This document shows positions 1 through 9,192 of a stretch of 64,000 bases of DNA, piece after piece (positions within the stretch are counted from its first letter, which is position 1; every line of letters begins with the position of its first letter). A program made the position numbers and the translations under genes. The notes under the pieces are model-generated. The model was not told where the DNA came from. It made no database searches and saw only the letters and a program-made list of their open reading frames with translations. Where the stretch lies: positions 29,723 to 93,722 of the forward strand of contig OZ246394.1 in assembly GCA_965230895.1 (NCBI GenBank), given 5' to 3'. Source of the DNA: an uncultured Gammaproteobacteria bacterium. GTDB taxonomy: Bacteria > Patescibacteriota > Microgenomatia > Levybacterales > UBA12049.

Positions 1-53
1 GTAAAATCGGAGAGAATATCACAATTAAAAAGTTTATCCGATTTGAGATCTAA
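1..53 (+). CDS. 3' end of an upstream gene (partial, product not assignable)
   Basis: Frame 3 is open from the window edge and reads KIGENITIKKFIRFEI* with TAA at 51-53. It is too short to identify. pyrH would be the usual neighbour of frr, but that is synteny guesswork. Confidence 0.25.
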   Translation, partial: KIGENITIKKFIRFEI

Positions 54-62
54 ACTTACTTT

Positions 63-614
63 ATGGATCCAGTCTTAACTACTACAAAGCAAAAACTTCA
101 AAAGGTTCTCGATGTTCTTCGTGATGATATCGCAACAATTCGTACTGGCCGCGCAACTCCATCATTAGTCGAAAATATTACTGTTATGGCATATGGTGGC
201 TCCGCAAAACTTAAAGTTATGGAGCTTGCAACAATTGGAGCGCCAGACAATCAAACTGTTGTTGTCACACCTTTTGATGTTTCCACAATCCATGAAATCC
301 AAAAGGGGATTGAGCTTGCAAATGTTGGCTTTAATCCAATCATTGATGGAAATCTTCTTCGTATTTCTATCCCACCACTTTCTTTGGAACGTCGACAAGA
401 ACTCATTAAAGCGATGAAACAGAAGTTAGAGAACGGACGCATTATGGTCCGACAAGTTCGTCACGAAATGATTGAGGATATGAAGAAAGATTATGAAGGT
501 CGTGAAGATGATATCAAGCGTCTTGAAAAAGAAGTACAAAAAGCAGTTGATGATACTATTGAAACGATCGAAGAGTGGGGCAAACAAAAAGAACAAGAAC
601 TTCTACAAATTTAG
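63..614 (+). CDS. frr: ribosome recycling factor
   Basis: 183 aa. The full length has the typical RRF pattern (DDIATIRTGRATPSLVENI...GFNPIIDGNLLRISIPPLSLERRQEL...VRQVRHE). Confidence 0.95.
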   Translation: MDPVLTTTKQKLQKVLDVLRDDIATIRTGRATPSLVENITVMAYGGSAKLKVMELATIGAPDNQTVVVTPFDVSTIHEIQKGIELANVGFNPIIDGNLLRISIPPLSLERRQELIKAMKQKLENGRIMVRQVRHEMIEDMKKDYEGREDDIKRLEKEVQKAVDDTIETIEEWGKQKEQELLQI

Positions 615-1901
615 TAACGCTAGATAATCTCCTTGCGGTTTATCTTCTTCAATTTTCATCCCTGCAGATTCCATTATCTTTTTTCTCATAGCCAAAAGCG
701 TTTCATTGTCTTTTTCATCATCTGAATTGAATTCATCTTTACTATTTATATACGTTTTATGATTTTCTAAAGCACGAGTTAACGCGATCATAGCTTCGCT
801 TGCATTTGGTTCCGCAGTAGCGACATCTTCTAAGAAGTCAGCATCTTTTTCAGAAAGCTTAGGTAAGGTTGCAATCGCAAGATTTAAATCTTTCTCTCTT
901 GCTTCATATTGTACTGAAGCATAAGAATGTGTTCCGATGCTATCGGGATCTTCTATGCTAAAAGATGTGTTGAAGGAATAAAACTGTGTTCCATGGGGAT
1001 GCTTTGCGGAAAGATCAAACCCAACATCAATTCTTGTGTCCGGGAGAACTGCTACTTTAATAAATTTATCTGGATCATCTGCATCTTCGCTATGTTTGCT
1101 CAAAAAGTGGGTTGCAGCTCCAATTGCCTTCGTCCATGCTTCATATTCTTGATGTTTTTTATCTCCTTGATCTTTCATATCATCAAGCGCTGCTTCATAA
1201 AATAATTGGATATCTTCAAAAGTAATATCATTTTTTCCACGAAGTTGTTCAAGAACCAAAGTAATTTTATTTGGATCGTAAACATATTCTGGCAAGATCT
1301 CCTGATCAACCCGTTCTAGATTTCCACTTTCATGAGTATTTGCAAACTTTTCTATTTCATCTGTATCGCCATCGAGAGCGAGTGCTTCATTCCTGACTTT
1401 TTCTGCATCTTCTGCTGAAGGGAATACAGCTGCTCGGATGTCTTCGAATATTTTTATATTTTTTGCAGCTTCTTCACGCTGTGGTGCGGTTGCGTCTTCA
1501 TTTGCAGCTGCAACTTCCCAGCGAGTAATTTGATTATCAAGGTATTTGGATGTTATCGCATGCTCAGCCATCGTAATATCACTAAATTGGCCAACTGCAG
1601 CTTTGGCTACTGTATCTAAAACAACATTGAGTTTCCTTTCAGTAGGTTTTAAGAGGTCTCTTCCTCCAATGACATATGTTTTTTGCTCTTTGACGTCATC
1701 GAGCTCACATTTTACGACAGCTAATGCGTCAAAAACGCTAGCCTTTCTTCCGCCTTCGTCAGCAAGGTTCATTTGGAGCAATGAGAGTTGATTGGCTTGC
1801 TCTGGAGATTCGAATTTCGTACCTTCATGGTTAAAACGTTCCGGTAATGTCCTTTTTTGTTCAGCTGATGAAGGTCCACCTTCTGGTCCAAACTCACTCA
1901 T
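603..1901 (-). CDS. hypothetical acidic protein
   Basis: Long ORF convergent with frr. I prefer the internal start MSEFGPEGG at 1901 over the ORF-track start at 1937. No recognisable family motif. Confidence 0.55.
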   Translation of the reverse strand: MSEFGPEGGPSSAEQKRTLPERFNHEGTKFESPEQANQLSLLQMNLADEGGRKASVFDALAVVKCELDDVKEQKTYVIGGRDLLKPTERKLNVVLDTVAKAAVGQFSDITMAEHAITSKYLDNQITRWEVAAANEDATAPQREEAAKNIKIFEDIRAAVFPSAEDAEKVRNEALALDGDTDEIEKFANTHESGNLERVDQEILPEYVYDPNKITLVLEQLRGKNDITFEDIQLFYEAALDDMKDQGDKKHQEYEAWTKAIGAATHFLSKHSEDADDPDKFIKVAVLPDTRIDVGFDLSAKHPHGTQFYSFNTSFSIEDPDSIGTHSYASVQYEAREKDLNLAIATLPKLSEKDADFLEDVATAEPNASEAMIALTRALENHKTYINSKDEFNSDDEKDNETLLAMRKKIMESAGMKIEEDKPQGDYLALLNL

Positions 1902-1996
1902 ACACTTATAGTACCGTACCTGAGCAACATGAAGCAAGTAAAGAAGCGTAATTAACTATTGTGTGCAAGAGTTAAAAACCTGCTATAATTAATTTT

Positions 1997-3190
1997 ATGA
2001 TCAGTATGGTTGTTACCGCATTAATTTTCCTTCTTATTCTTTCGGTGCTTGTCCTTATCCACGAAGCAGGTCATTATTTCGTTGCAAAGAAATTAGGTAT
2101 TAAAGTCGAAGAGTTTGGTTTTGGTTTTCCTTTGACCCCTGCGCTTTGGCAAAAGAAAATAGGTGAGACAGTCTATTCTTTCTATCCAGTCTTGATTGGT
2201 GGTTTTGTAAAGCTGTATGGTGAAGACGAAGCTGGTGGTGGGAAAATTGCTGCACCAAAAGAAGCAAAGAAGGGGAAAGACCCTGATGCAAAGCGAGCAT
2301 TCTTCTCACGACCTTTGTGGCAGAGAACAGCTGTTGTGGTGGCTGGTGTCTTCATGAATGCTATCCTCGCAGCAGTTATCTATTACATTTTCCTCGGTAT
2401 GTCTGGTTTCAAAACAGAACTTCCTCTTATCGGACAACATACGTTCTTTGGCGTAAATCAAACGGTGAATACGCAAGTTGTTGTCAGTGAAGTCTCAAAG
2501 AATTCACCTGCAGAACAGGCTGGGATAAAACCGTTCTCTCAAGTCGAAAGTATCAATGGCGTTCCAATGAACGATCTTGAAGCATTTTCTTCAACGATAA
2601 AAGAAAATAAAGGGAAGCCATTACAAATTACGTGGACTGAAGAAAAAACAGGTAAGTCTTCGACAGCGACCGTCACTCCACGGGTCAATCCACCAAAGGG
2701 TGAAGGTGCTCTGGGTGTAGCATTTTTCCCTGTCCAGACGGTGACACTTGCTTATGAAACTCCAACGCAAAAAGCACTTTCGGGTGTTGTTCATCCTGCT
2801 AACTTGATGGCATACAACTTCAATGTGCTTGGACAATTAATTGGAGTATCTGTCCGTGAGAAGACTGCAGAACCAATCAGCCAAGGTGTTTCTGGGCCTG
2901 TGGGTATTTACAATGTCGTTGGAACAATTGTTGACTTGCCTGATGCAAAAGAACGATTTTTGCAGCTGCTAAACTTAGCTGGATTACTCTCAATTTCACT
3001 TGCATTCTTTAATGTCCTTCCAATTCCTGGGCTTGATGGCGGAAGATTATTCTTCATTATTCTCGAAGGAATTATCGGAAAGAAAGTCAATCCAAAAGTT
3101 GAAGGTTATTTCCACGCAGTTGGTATGGTGCTTTTGATCGGGTTGCTGCTCCTTGTTACTATTAAAGATATAACCCAATTATTTAAGTAG
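1997..3190 (+). CDS. rseP: site-2 protease, M50 family zinc metalloprotease with PDZ domain (RseP-like)
   Basis: HEAGHY zinc motif in the first TM segment and a second motif FNVLPIPGLDGG. It also has a central PDZ-like segment and several hydrophobic helices. TATAAT lies 7 nt upstream of the ATG. Confidence 0.85.
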   Translation: MISMVVTALIFLLILSVLVLIHEAGHYFVAKKLGIKVEEFGFGFPLTPALWQKKIGETVYSFYPVLIGGFVKLYGEDEAGGGKIAAPKEAKKGKDPDAKRAFFSRPLWQRTAVVVAGVFMNAILAAVIYYIFLGMSGFKTELPLIGQHTFFGVNQTVNTQVVVSEVSKNSPAEQAGIKPFSQVESINGVPMNDLEAFSSTIKENKGKPLQITWTEEKTGKSSTATVTPRVNPPKGEGALGVAFFPVQTVTLAYETPTQKALSGVVHPANLMAYNFNVLGQLIGVSVREKTAEPISQGVSGPVGIYNVVGTIVDLPDAKERFLQLLNLAGLLSISLAFFNVLPIPGLDGGRLFFIILEGIIGKKVNPKVEGYFHAVGMVLLIGLLLLVTIKDITQLFK

Positions 3191-3207
3191 TTTGATTCTT
3201 TATGTTT

Positions 3208-3280
3208 GTCATGCTGAGTTTATTTCAGCATCCCCAATTAATAGCTTTCAATGTGAAATCCTGAATAAGTTCAGGATGAC
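3208..3280. repeat. composite palindromic (REP/MITE-like) intergenic element, copy 1
   Basis: Two hairpins: GTCATGCTGAgtttatTTCAGCATC (3208-3233) and ATCCTGAAtaagTTCAGGATGAC (3258-3280). The outer ends are TGTCAT/ATGACA. The same pair occurs in inverted orientation at 39681-39740. Confidence 0.65.
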
Positions 3281-3336
3281 AGTGTATTTTCTTGACTTTG
3301 TTTTTTCTATCTGTAAGACTAGATATGAGGGAAATT

Positions 3337-4065
3337 ATGGTTAATGAAGAGCTAGTTGCAAATATTCAAACAAGATTCCAACAAGGGCAAAGACGGACAG
3401 AAATCCGCCAAGATTTAATGGAGGAAGGCTGGGAAGAGCAAGACATTGATGCCGCCATCTCATACATTCAAAATGAAGCGATAAAACAGATTCCTGGTAT
3501 TTCTCATATCTACAAATTTATCGATAATCTCGACAGCAAAACCGCTCATTCATCTCCCAAAGTAATTGCAACAGTTTTGGCATGTTGTTTCGGTGTTTTA
3601 CTCATTATCTTTGCAGCGCTCTATTATTTCTTGGACCCACTTGGATTTGGAGGAGTTGAAAGAGATAAGCAACGTGAAGCAGATATCGTAAAAGTTCGGA
3701 GTGCGATTGATAAGTATCAAGAAGAGAAAGGAAGATATCCTGGATCATTGCAGGAATTACTGCCGAAATATCTCCAGGCAATCCCACTTGACCCAGAAAC
3801 TGGTGGTCAATACAGTTATCAGACAATGGATAACAATTATAATTATGAACTTTGTGTAAACTTCGAATCTAAAGCCCCACAATGTGTCTCTTCATCAATT
3901 GATACATCTGATATTCCTATGGTGATAGCGACACCGACACCTGTTGCAACGGATACAGTTACTTTACCAGTAGAACCAGAGGCATCAGCACCAGCTGATT
4001 TGGAAGAAGCACCGATCGTAACACCTGCCCCCGAAATAACAGGAGAGGGAAGCTTGGCATTATGA
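3337..4065 (+). CDS. hypothetical single-pass membrane protein with pseudopilin (GspG-like) style C-terminal segment
   Basis: GAGGGA lies 4 nt before the ATG at 3337 (ORF-track start 3292 is TTG). It has one hydrophobic helix (VIATVLACCFGVLLIIFAALYYF). The segment RSAIDKYQEEKGRYPGSLQELLPKYLQAIPLDPETGGQYSY resembles type II secretion/pilin-like domains. The tail is Pro/Thr-rich. Confidence 0.5.
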   Translation: MVNEELVANIQTRFQQGQRRTEIRQDLMEEGWEEQDIDAAISYIQNEAIKQIPGISHIYKFIDNLDSKTAHSSPKVIATVLACCFGVLLIIFAALYYFLDPLGFGGVERDKQREADIVKVRSAIDKYQEEKGRYPGSLQELLPKYLQAIPLDPETGGQYSYQTMDNNYNYELCVNFESKAPQCVSSSIDTSDIPMVIATPTPVATDTVTLPVEPEASAPADLEEAPIVTPAPEITGEGSLAL

Positions 4066-4823
4066 CTTCAGCCGCAGATATCGCCAAAAAGCATACTCAT
4101 CTCCATCACGCAAATCAGAATATAACGATAGCTCAAGTTTCAGATAGTGACCAGGGTATTGTCTTGGCGAAAAAGATTCTCTACGAAGTAACTGATGCAA
4201 CTACGACATTATATCTTTCGGGAGGAAGGACGCCAAAGTCCTTGTATGAGCAGCTTGCACAAGAAGAACAGATTAAACCTGGTGCAGTTGGTATGGTTGA
4301 TGAAAGGTTTGGGAAAAAATTCCATGGAAATAGTAACGAAAAAATGATTCGCGAGACCGGATTTCTTCGCTATCTTGAAATCCTGGATATTCCTTTTTAT
4401 CCAATTCTCCAAAATGAAACAAACCGTGAGGATACTGCACGTTTCTACGATGAAAAAGTGCGTCATCTTAATGCAACGTTTCATCAAAGTGTTGCAATTC
4501 TTGGCATTGGAACCGATGGTCATACTTCGAGCCTTGCTCCAAACAGGAAAGATTTCAAAAATCCTATGTTTGATCCGATGCGGAATCATTTACTTGTCTC
4601 AGAATTTAATGATCCAAAAAGTTTTTATGGTGAAAGAGTCGGAATGACTTTCCTTGGGTTATCGATGATTGATCTGCATATTGTCCTGATCTTTGGTGAT
4701 GATAAAAAAGATGCATTGGACGCACTCTTTGAAAATGGGGCAGAAGAAGAAATTCCATCACGGTTTTTCAAACGCCCTGATATAGCAAATAAAACTCTTT
4801 TCATTACCGACCAAAACGTTTAG
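4062..4823 (+). CDS. pgl: 6-phosphogluconolactonase
   Basis: LYLSGGRTP and ILGIGTDGHTSSLAP motifs of the 6PGL/NagB family. ATGA overlap with the upstream gene, and it sits directly upstream of zwf. Confidence 0.8.
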   Translation: MTSAADIAKKHTHLHHANQNITIAQVSDSDQGIVLAKKILYEVTDATTTLYLSGGRTPKSLYEQLAQEEQIKPGAVGMVDERFGKKFHGNSNEKMIRETGFLRYLEILDIPFYPILQNETNREDTARFYDEKVRHLNATFHQSVAILGIGTDGHTSSLAPNRKDFKNPMFDPMRNHLLVSEFNDPKSFYGERVGMTFLGLSMIDLHIVLIFGDDKKDALDALFENGAEEEIPSRFFKRPDIANKTLFITDQNV

Positions 4824-4833
4824 AATAGGGAAT

Positions 4834-6267
4834 ATGTCTCCCTTTGTTTTTGTCATATTTGGCGCGACCGGTGATTTGGCCCGACATAAATTACTCCCAG
4901 CCCTCTTCTCATTATACAAGCACAATCAGCTTGGGCAGAAATTCTATATTGTTGGATTCGCAAGACGCGAATTTACAGACGAAGAGTATGCTCACATGCT
5001 TGGTGATGAACTAGAATTTCATAAAGATGAAAAGTGGAAGGCTTTTGCAAAGAATATTTATTATCAACAAGGATATTTCGATCAGCCTCAGGGATATGAA
5101 GAATTAATTGGAAAGCTCAATGGTTTTGATACTGAAATTGGAGCATGTATCACACGCGTTTTTTATCTTGCCACACCACCGGATAATTACGAAAATATTC
5201 TCCAACATCTTGAGTCGACGAAACTTTCCGAAGGCTGCGGACAAGGTTCTGAGAAATGGACACGATTGGCAATCGAAAAACCTTTTGGTAAAGATCTTGA
5301 TACAGCACGAGCTCTTGATAAAAAACTTTCAAATATATTTGAAGAAAAGCAAATTTATCGTGTTGATCACTATCTCGGTAAAGAAACAGTACAGAATATG
5401 TTGGCGTTTCGTTTTGCCAACAGTATCTTCGAACCAATTTGGAATAAGCAGCATATCGATAATGTCCAGATAACATTCGCTGAGAAAAAAGGAATCGGTA
5501 CGAGAGGAAAATTTTTTGATGGAGTTGGAATGCTTCGCGATGTTGCACAGAATCATCTGCTGCAGCTTTTTGCGACCGTGGCTATGGAGCAGCCAAAGAG
5601 TTTCACTAAGGAAAGCGTCCGTGACGAACGTGCGAAAGCAATCAAAGCGATCCGTCCATTAACGCAAGAAGATGTGAAGCGTCAAGTTGTTCGTGGACAA
5701 TATGTCGGATATACCAAGGAGAAAGATGTTGTTCCATCTTCACGGACTGAAACATTTGCTGCAATGAAACTTTTTGTGGATACTGAACGGTTTGCAGACG
5801 TTCCTTTTTACTTACGAGCTGGAAAAGAAATTGAGCAAAACCTCGTGGAGATAAAAGTTATCTTTAAACAAACTTGTCATATTTTATTTAAAGAATATGG
5901 TTGTCCTGAAGTCGGAAATGTCCTCACAATTCGTATTCAACCAGATGAAGGAATAAATCTTCGTGTGATGGCAAAGAATCCGGGAACTGAGCTTGCTCTA
6001 AGCACAGTTGATATGCATTTCTCTTATCATGCTACATTCGGACATCATGGTGCAGACGCCTATGAAAAAATTATGTTGGATATCCTGAAAGGTGACCAAA
6101 TCCTGTTTAATCGCTCCGATGAACTCGATTATTCTTGGTCGCTCATTTCGCAGATTCTCAAGGGATGGGAAGAGGACTCTGAGGATGTCCCTCAATATGA
6201 GAAAGGTAAATGGGGACCAAAAGAAGCATTTGATCTTATAGAGCGAGATGGAAGAAAATGGTTGTGA
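4834..6267 (+). CDS. zwf: glucose-6-phosphate 1-dehydrogenase
   Basis: FVIFGATGDLARHKLLPALF NADP-binding motif and RVDHYLGKE active-site motif. Length is 477 aa. Confidence 0.95.
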   Translation: MSPFVFVIFGATGDLARHKLLPALFSLYKHNQLGQKFYIVGFARREFTDEEYAHMLGDELEFHKDEKWKAFAKNIYYQQGYFDQPQGYEELIGKLNGFDTEIGACITRVFYLATPPDNYENILQHLESTKLSEGCGQGSEKWTRLAIEKPFGKDLDTARALDKKLSNIFEEKQIYRVDHYLGKETVQNMLAFRFANSIFEPIWNKQHIDNVQITFAEKKGIGTRGKFFDGVGMLRDVAQNHLLQLFATVAMEQPKSFTKESVRDERAKAIKAIRPLTQEDVKRQVVRGQYVGYTKEKDVVPSSRTETFAAMKLFVDTERFADVPFYLRAGKEIEQNLVEIKVIFKQTCHILFKEYGCPEVGNVLTIRIQPDEGINLRVMAKNPGTELALSTVDMHFSYHATFGHHGADAYEKIMLDILKGDQILFNRSDELDYSWSLISQILKGWEEDSEDVPQYEKGKWGPKEAFDLIERDGRKWL

Positions 6268-6309
6268 TTGGTATTTCTTCGCTGGTGTGTTATAAATAAT
6301 AAGTAAATT

Positions 6310-7293
6310 ATGCAAGTAGCTATTTTAGGACTCGGAAGAATGGGCAGAAATATTGCCGAGAAGTTGATGAAAGAAGGACATCATGTTGTGGTCTGGAATC
6401 GTTCTCGAGCAATCCTTGACGAGATGCGTCAGAACGAAACAGAATATATCGTTAATGGGCAGTTGGTATTAGCTCATACTCTTGAAGAACTTCGAGATAC
6501 ACTACAAAAACCTCGTATTCTCTGGGCAATGCTTCCAGCAGGAGATCCTACAGAAAATGTCATGACACAACTTCTGGAAACAGTTGTGGAGCAAGGAGAT
6601 GTTGTTATCGATGGAGGAAATGCTTTTTATAAAGATACCGAGCGAAGAGCGCAACAGTTTGCTCAAAAATCTGTGAAGTATCTTGGAATTGGTGTTTCAG
6701 GTGGTATCGTTGGTGCAACGAATGGATACCCTCTTATGGTTGGTGGAGACCAAACTGGATATGAATATATTAAGCCTGTTCTTGATAGTCTTGTAAAGCC
6801 AAATGGGGGACATGCATACTTTGGTACAGGTGGTGCTGGACATTTTGTAAAAATGGTTCACAACGGTATTGAATATGGGATGATGCAAGCTATTGCTGAA
6901 GGTTTTGGTGTCCTTGCCAAAAGTGAATATCGACCAAATCTTATTAGCGTTGCAAACACATGGCAAAAAGGAAGTATTATCTCTAGTTTTCTTGTCTGGA
7001 TGGCTGAAAATGCAATTAGTAAGGATCCAAACCTTGCCCAATTTGATGGTTTTATTGAAGCAACTGGTGAAGGGAAATGGACTAGTGAATTCGCGAAAGA
7101 AAATCACGTGCCAACTCCTGTTTTGGATGCATCAATTGATTTTCGTAATCGATCGCAATACGATAAGGGTGTACAAGAAACATATGTCGCGAAGCTTGTC
7201 GCTGCACTTCGTCATGAATTTGGTGGACATGCGATTCATAAAGAAGATCCAATCGCTAATGGATCTGGAACTCCTCCAACACAGACTTCATAA
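6310..7293 (+). CDS. gnd: 6-phosphogluconate dehydrogenase (decarboxylating), short form
   Basis: N-terminal Rossmann motif ILGLGRMGRNIA, plus GAGHFVKMVHNGIEYGMMQAIAEG typical of 6PGDH. Third gene of the pgl-zwf-gnd row. Confidence 0.9.
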   Translation: MQVAILGLGRMGRNIAEKLMKEGHHVVVWNRSRAILDEMRQNETEYIVNGQLVLAHTLEELRDTLQKPRILWAMLPAGDPTENVMTQLLETVVEQGDVVIDGGNAFYKDTERRAQQFAQKSVKYLGIGVSGGIVGATNGYPLMVGGDQTGYEYIKPVLDSLVKPNGGHAYFGTGGAGHFVKMVHNGIEYGMMQAIAEGFGVLAKSEYRPNLISVANTWQKGSIISSFLVWMAENAISKDPNLAQFDGFIEATGEGKWTSEFAKENHVPTPVLDASIDFRNRSQYDKGVQETYVAKLVAALRHEFGGHAIHKEDPIANGSGTPPTQTS

Positions 7294-7303
7294 GCCCTCA
7301 AGT

Positions 7304-7332
7304 TTGACTTAGCTTCACATTTTGGCTACAAT
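7304..7332 (+). promoter_or_regulatory. sigma70-type promoter of the T-box leader
   Basis: TTGACT (7304-7309), a 17-nt spacer, then TACAAT (7327-7332). Confidence 0.5.
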
Positions 7333-7568
7333 ATGTTCATAAAGCGTTGGAGTTTGGCATCCTACCAAACAATTTCATTTTTGAAACGCTGACTGTGGGT
7401 TTACAAGAACGAAGCAGTACGGAAAGCCTAACCGTATAAATAAGGAAACTGAAATCATTCGTATGAATAGAGTCAGTGAGTAAGGTTTCATTAGTGATAA
7501 TGAAGCGAACCAGGGTGGTACCACGAGAAATTACCTCGTCCTTGAGCTGTACAAGGGGGAGGTTTTTT
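7333..7568 (+). promoter_or_regulatory. T-box riboswitch leader (tRNA-sensing antiterminator) with intrinsic terminator
   Basis: T-box sequence AACCAGGGTGGTACCACGAG at about 7507-7526 matches the consensus AAnnnGGGTGGTACCGCG, including the UGGU bulge that pairs with the tRNA NCCA end. It is followed by the competing terminator CCTCGTCCTTG-agctgta-CAAGGGGGAGG plus T7 (7527-7568). Upstream helices are agcgtt/aacgct, ctgact/agtcag and ttcatta/taatgaa. CCU-A occurs in two candidate loops (cauCCUAcc, aaagCCUAa). Confidence 0.75.
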
Positions 7569-7569
7569 T

Positions 7570-7938
7570 GTGCCTGAAAAATATCGTAAAATAACAACAG
7601 AAATTATACTTGCGGGAGAACATGCTGAAGCATACTTAACAAGGAAAGAATTATTGGATAAAACGCATCGAAATGAGAATGGTGAATTCTTGGTCGGGAA
7701 ATTTGCTGGACGAAAAAGAAGATCTATTCTTGGAACAACCCATGTCGAGTTTGGTTTTGTAAAAGAAACAGGCAATCGAGAGGTCATTTTATTTGGAGGA
7801 TGGCTTGGAAACAAAAAGAAGGGGCGTAAAATTTCTGTTTCACCAGAAGGAGTTGGCTTTCAACAATTTACAAATGGTGTTGATATCGTGGTTAGAACAA
7901 ATGCTGAAACAGCAGTCTATGAAGAAAATATACGCTAG
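7570..7938 (+). CDS. hypothetical protein between the T-box and proS
   Basis: 122-aa ORF with a GTG start 7 nt after GGGGAGG, which is also the 3' arm of the T-box terminator. No recognisable motif. Confidence 0.45.
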   Translation: MPEKYRKITTEIILAGEHAEAYLTRKELLDKTHRNENGEFLVGKFAGRKRRSILGTTHVEFGFVKETGNREVILFGGWLGNKKKGRKISVSPEGVGFQQFTNGVDIVVRTNAETAVYEENIR

Positions 7939-7959
7939 AGATTATGCTATACTAACAAC

Positions 7960-9192
7960 ATGAAATATTCGAAATTATATATCAAAACAAGTAAAAATGT
8001 GCCATCTGATGAAACTGCTAAAAATGCTCAGCTCCTCATCCAAGCGGGTTTTGTTTACAAAATAATGGCTGGCGTTTATGCTTATTCGCCACTTGGTTTG
8101 CGAGTGCTTGAGAATATCAAAAAGATTGTTCGAGAAGAGATGAATGCAGTTGATGGTCAAGAGCTGATCATGTCGAGTCTTCAAAATCCTGAAACATGGA
8201 AAATTACAACAAGATGGGATGATGATGTCGTCGATGTGTGGTTCAAATCAAAACTGAAAGATGAAACTGAAATTGGTCTTGCCTGGTCTCATGAAGAGCC
8301 AATTATGGAGATGATGCAGCATGTTATTACAAGTTACCGTGATCTTCCAACAAGTGTCTATCAATTCCAAACCAAACTTCGAAATGAATTGCGTGCAAAG
8401 AGTGGAATCATGCGCGGACGAGAATTTGTCATGAAAGATATGTATTCATTGCATGCTTCAGCTGAGGATCTGGACAAATATTACAACGAAGTAATTGAGG
8501 CATACAAGAAAGTCTATGATCGGTTAGGTTTGGGAGAGGACACGTATGTTACTTTCGCAAGTGGTGGTGCATTTACCAAGTTTAGTCACGAATTCCAAAC
8601 TATTTGTGAAGCTGGAGAAGATATCTTGTATCTACATCGAGGGAAGAATATTGCTGTCAATGAAGAAGTCCTTGATGAAGCAGTTAAAGAGCTTGGCATC
8701 GATAAAAAGGATCTTGAAAAAGTGAAGAGTGCAGAAGTTGGTAATATCTTTAACTTTGGTACGGAAAAAGCAGAACAAATGGGAATTACATTTACAGATA
8801 AAGAAGGTAAGCAGCAACCAATTTACCTTGCCTCATATGGTATTGGAATTACACGTGTCATGGGAGTTATCGTTGAGAAATTTGTAGATGAGCGAGGCAT
8901 TGTCTGGCCTGAAAATGTCGCTCCTTACAAAGTGTATTTGGTTTCAATTAAAGCAAATGACAAAGCAGAGAAGTTATATAAAAATCTTCAACAAGCTGGA
9001 GTAGAAGTTCTTTATGATGATCGCGAAGATGTGGGGCCTGGTGCGAAGTTCGCAGATGCAGACTTGATTGGAATTCCAGTAAGATTGGTTGTCTCACCAA
9101 AAACAGAAGAGAAAGTTGAATGGAAAAAAAGAACAGAAAAAGAATCAGAATTAATCAGTGTCGAAGAAGTCCTCAAACGCTTGAAGAAGTAA
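7960..9192 (+). CDS. proS: prolyl-tRNA synthetase, short bacterial form lacking the INS editing domain
   Basis: The N-terminus MKYSKLYIKTSKNVPSDETAKNAQLLIQAGFV is typical of bacterial ProRS. It has class II motifs (FRNELRAKSGIMRGREFVMKD, GIGITRV) and an anticodon-binding C-terminal part. At only 410 aa there is no insertion domain. Confidence 0.9.
   Translation: MKYSKLYIKTSKNVPSDETAKNAQLLIQAGFVYKIMAGVYAYSPLGLRVLENIKKIVREEMNAVDGQELIMSSLQNPETWKITTRWDDDVVDVWFKSKLKDETEIGLAWSHEEPIMEMMQHVITSYRDLPTSVYQFQTKLRNELRAKSGIMRGREFVMKDMYSLHASAEDLDKYYNEVIEAYKKVYDRLGLGEDTYVTFASGGAFTKFSHEFQTICEAGEDILYLHRGKNIAVNEEVLDEAVKELGIDKKDLEKVKSAEVGNIFNFGTEKAEQMGITFTDKEGKQQPIYLASYGIGITRVMGVIVEKFVDERGIVWPENVAPYKVYLVSIKANDKAEKLYKNLQQAGVEVLYDDREDVGPGAKFADADLIGIPVRLVVSPKTEEKVEWKKRTEKESELISVEEVLKRLKK

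Noticed and set aside
6893..7312. The 139-aa plus-strand ORF overlapping the 3' half of gnd. Small internal ORFs in frr, zwf, proS, dnaX and cysS are similar cases.
   Set aside because: These are out-of-frame ORFs nested in well-supported housekeeping genes, and I treat them as chance ORFs in AT-rich sequence.
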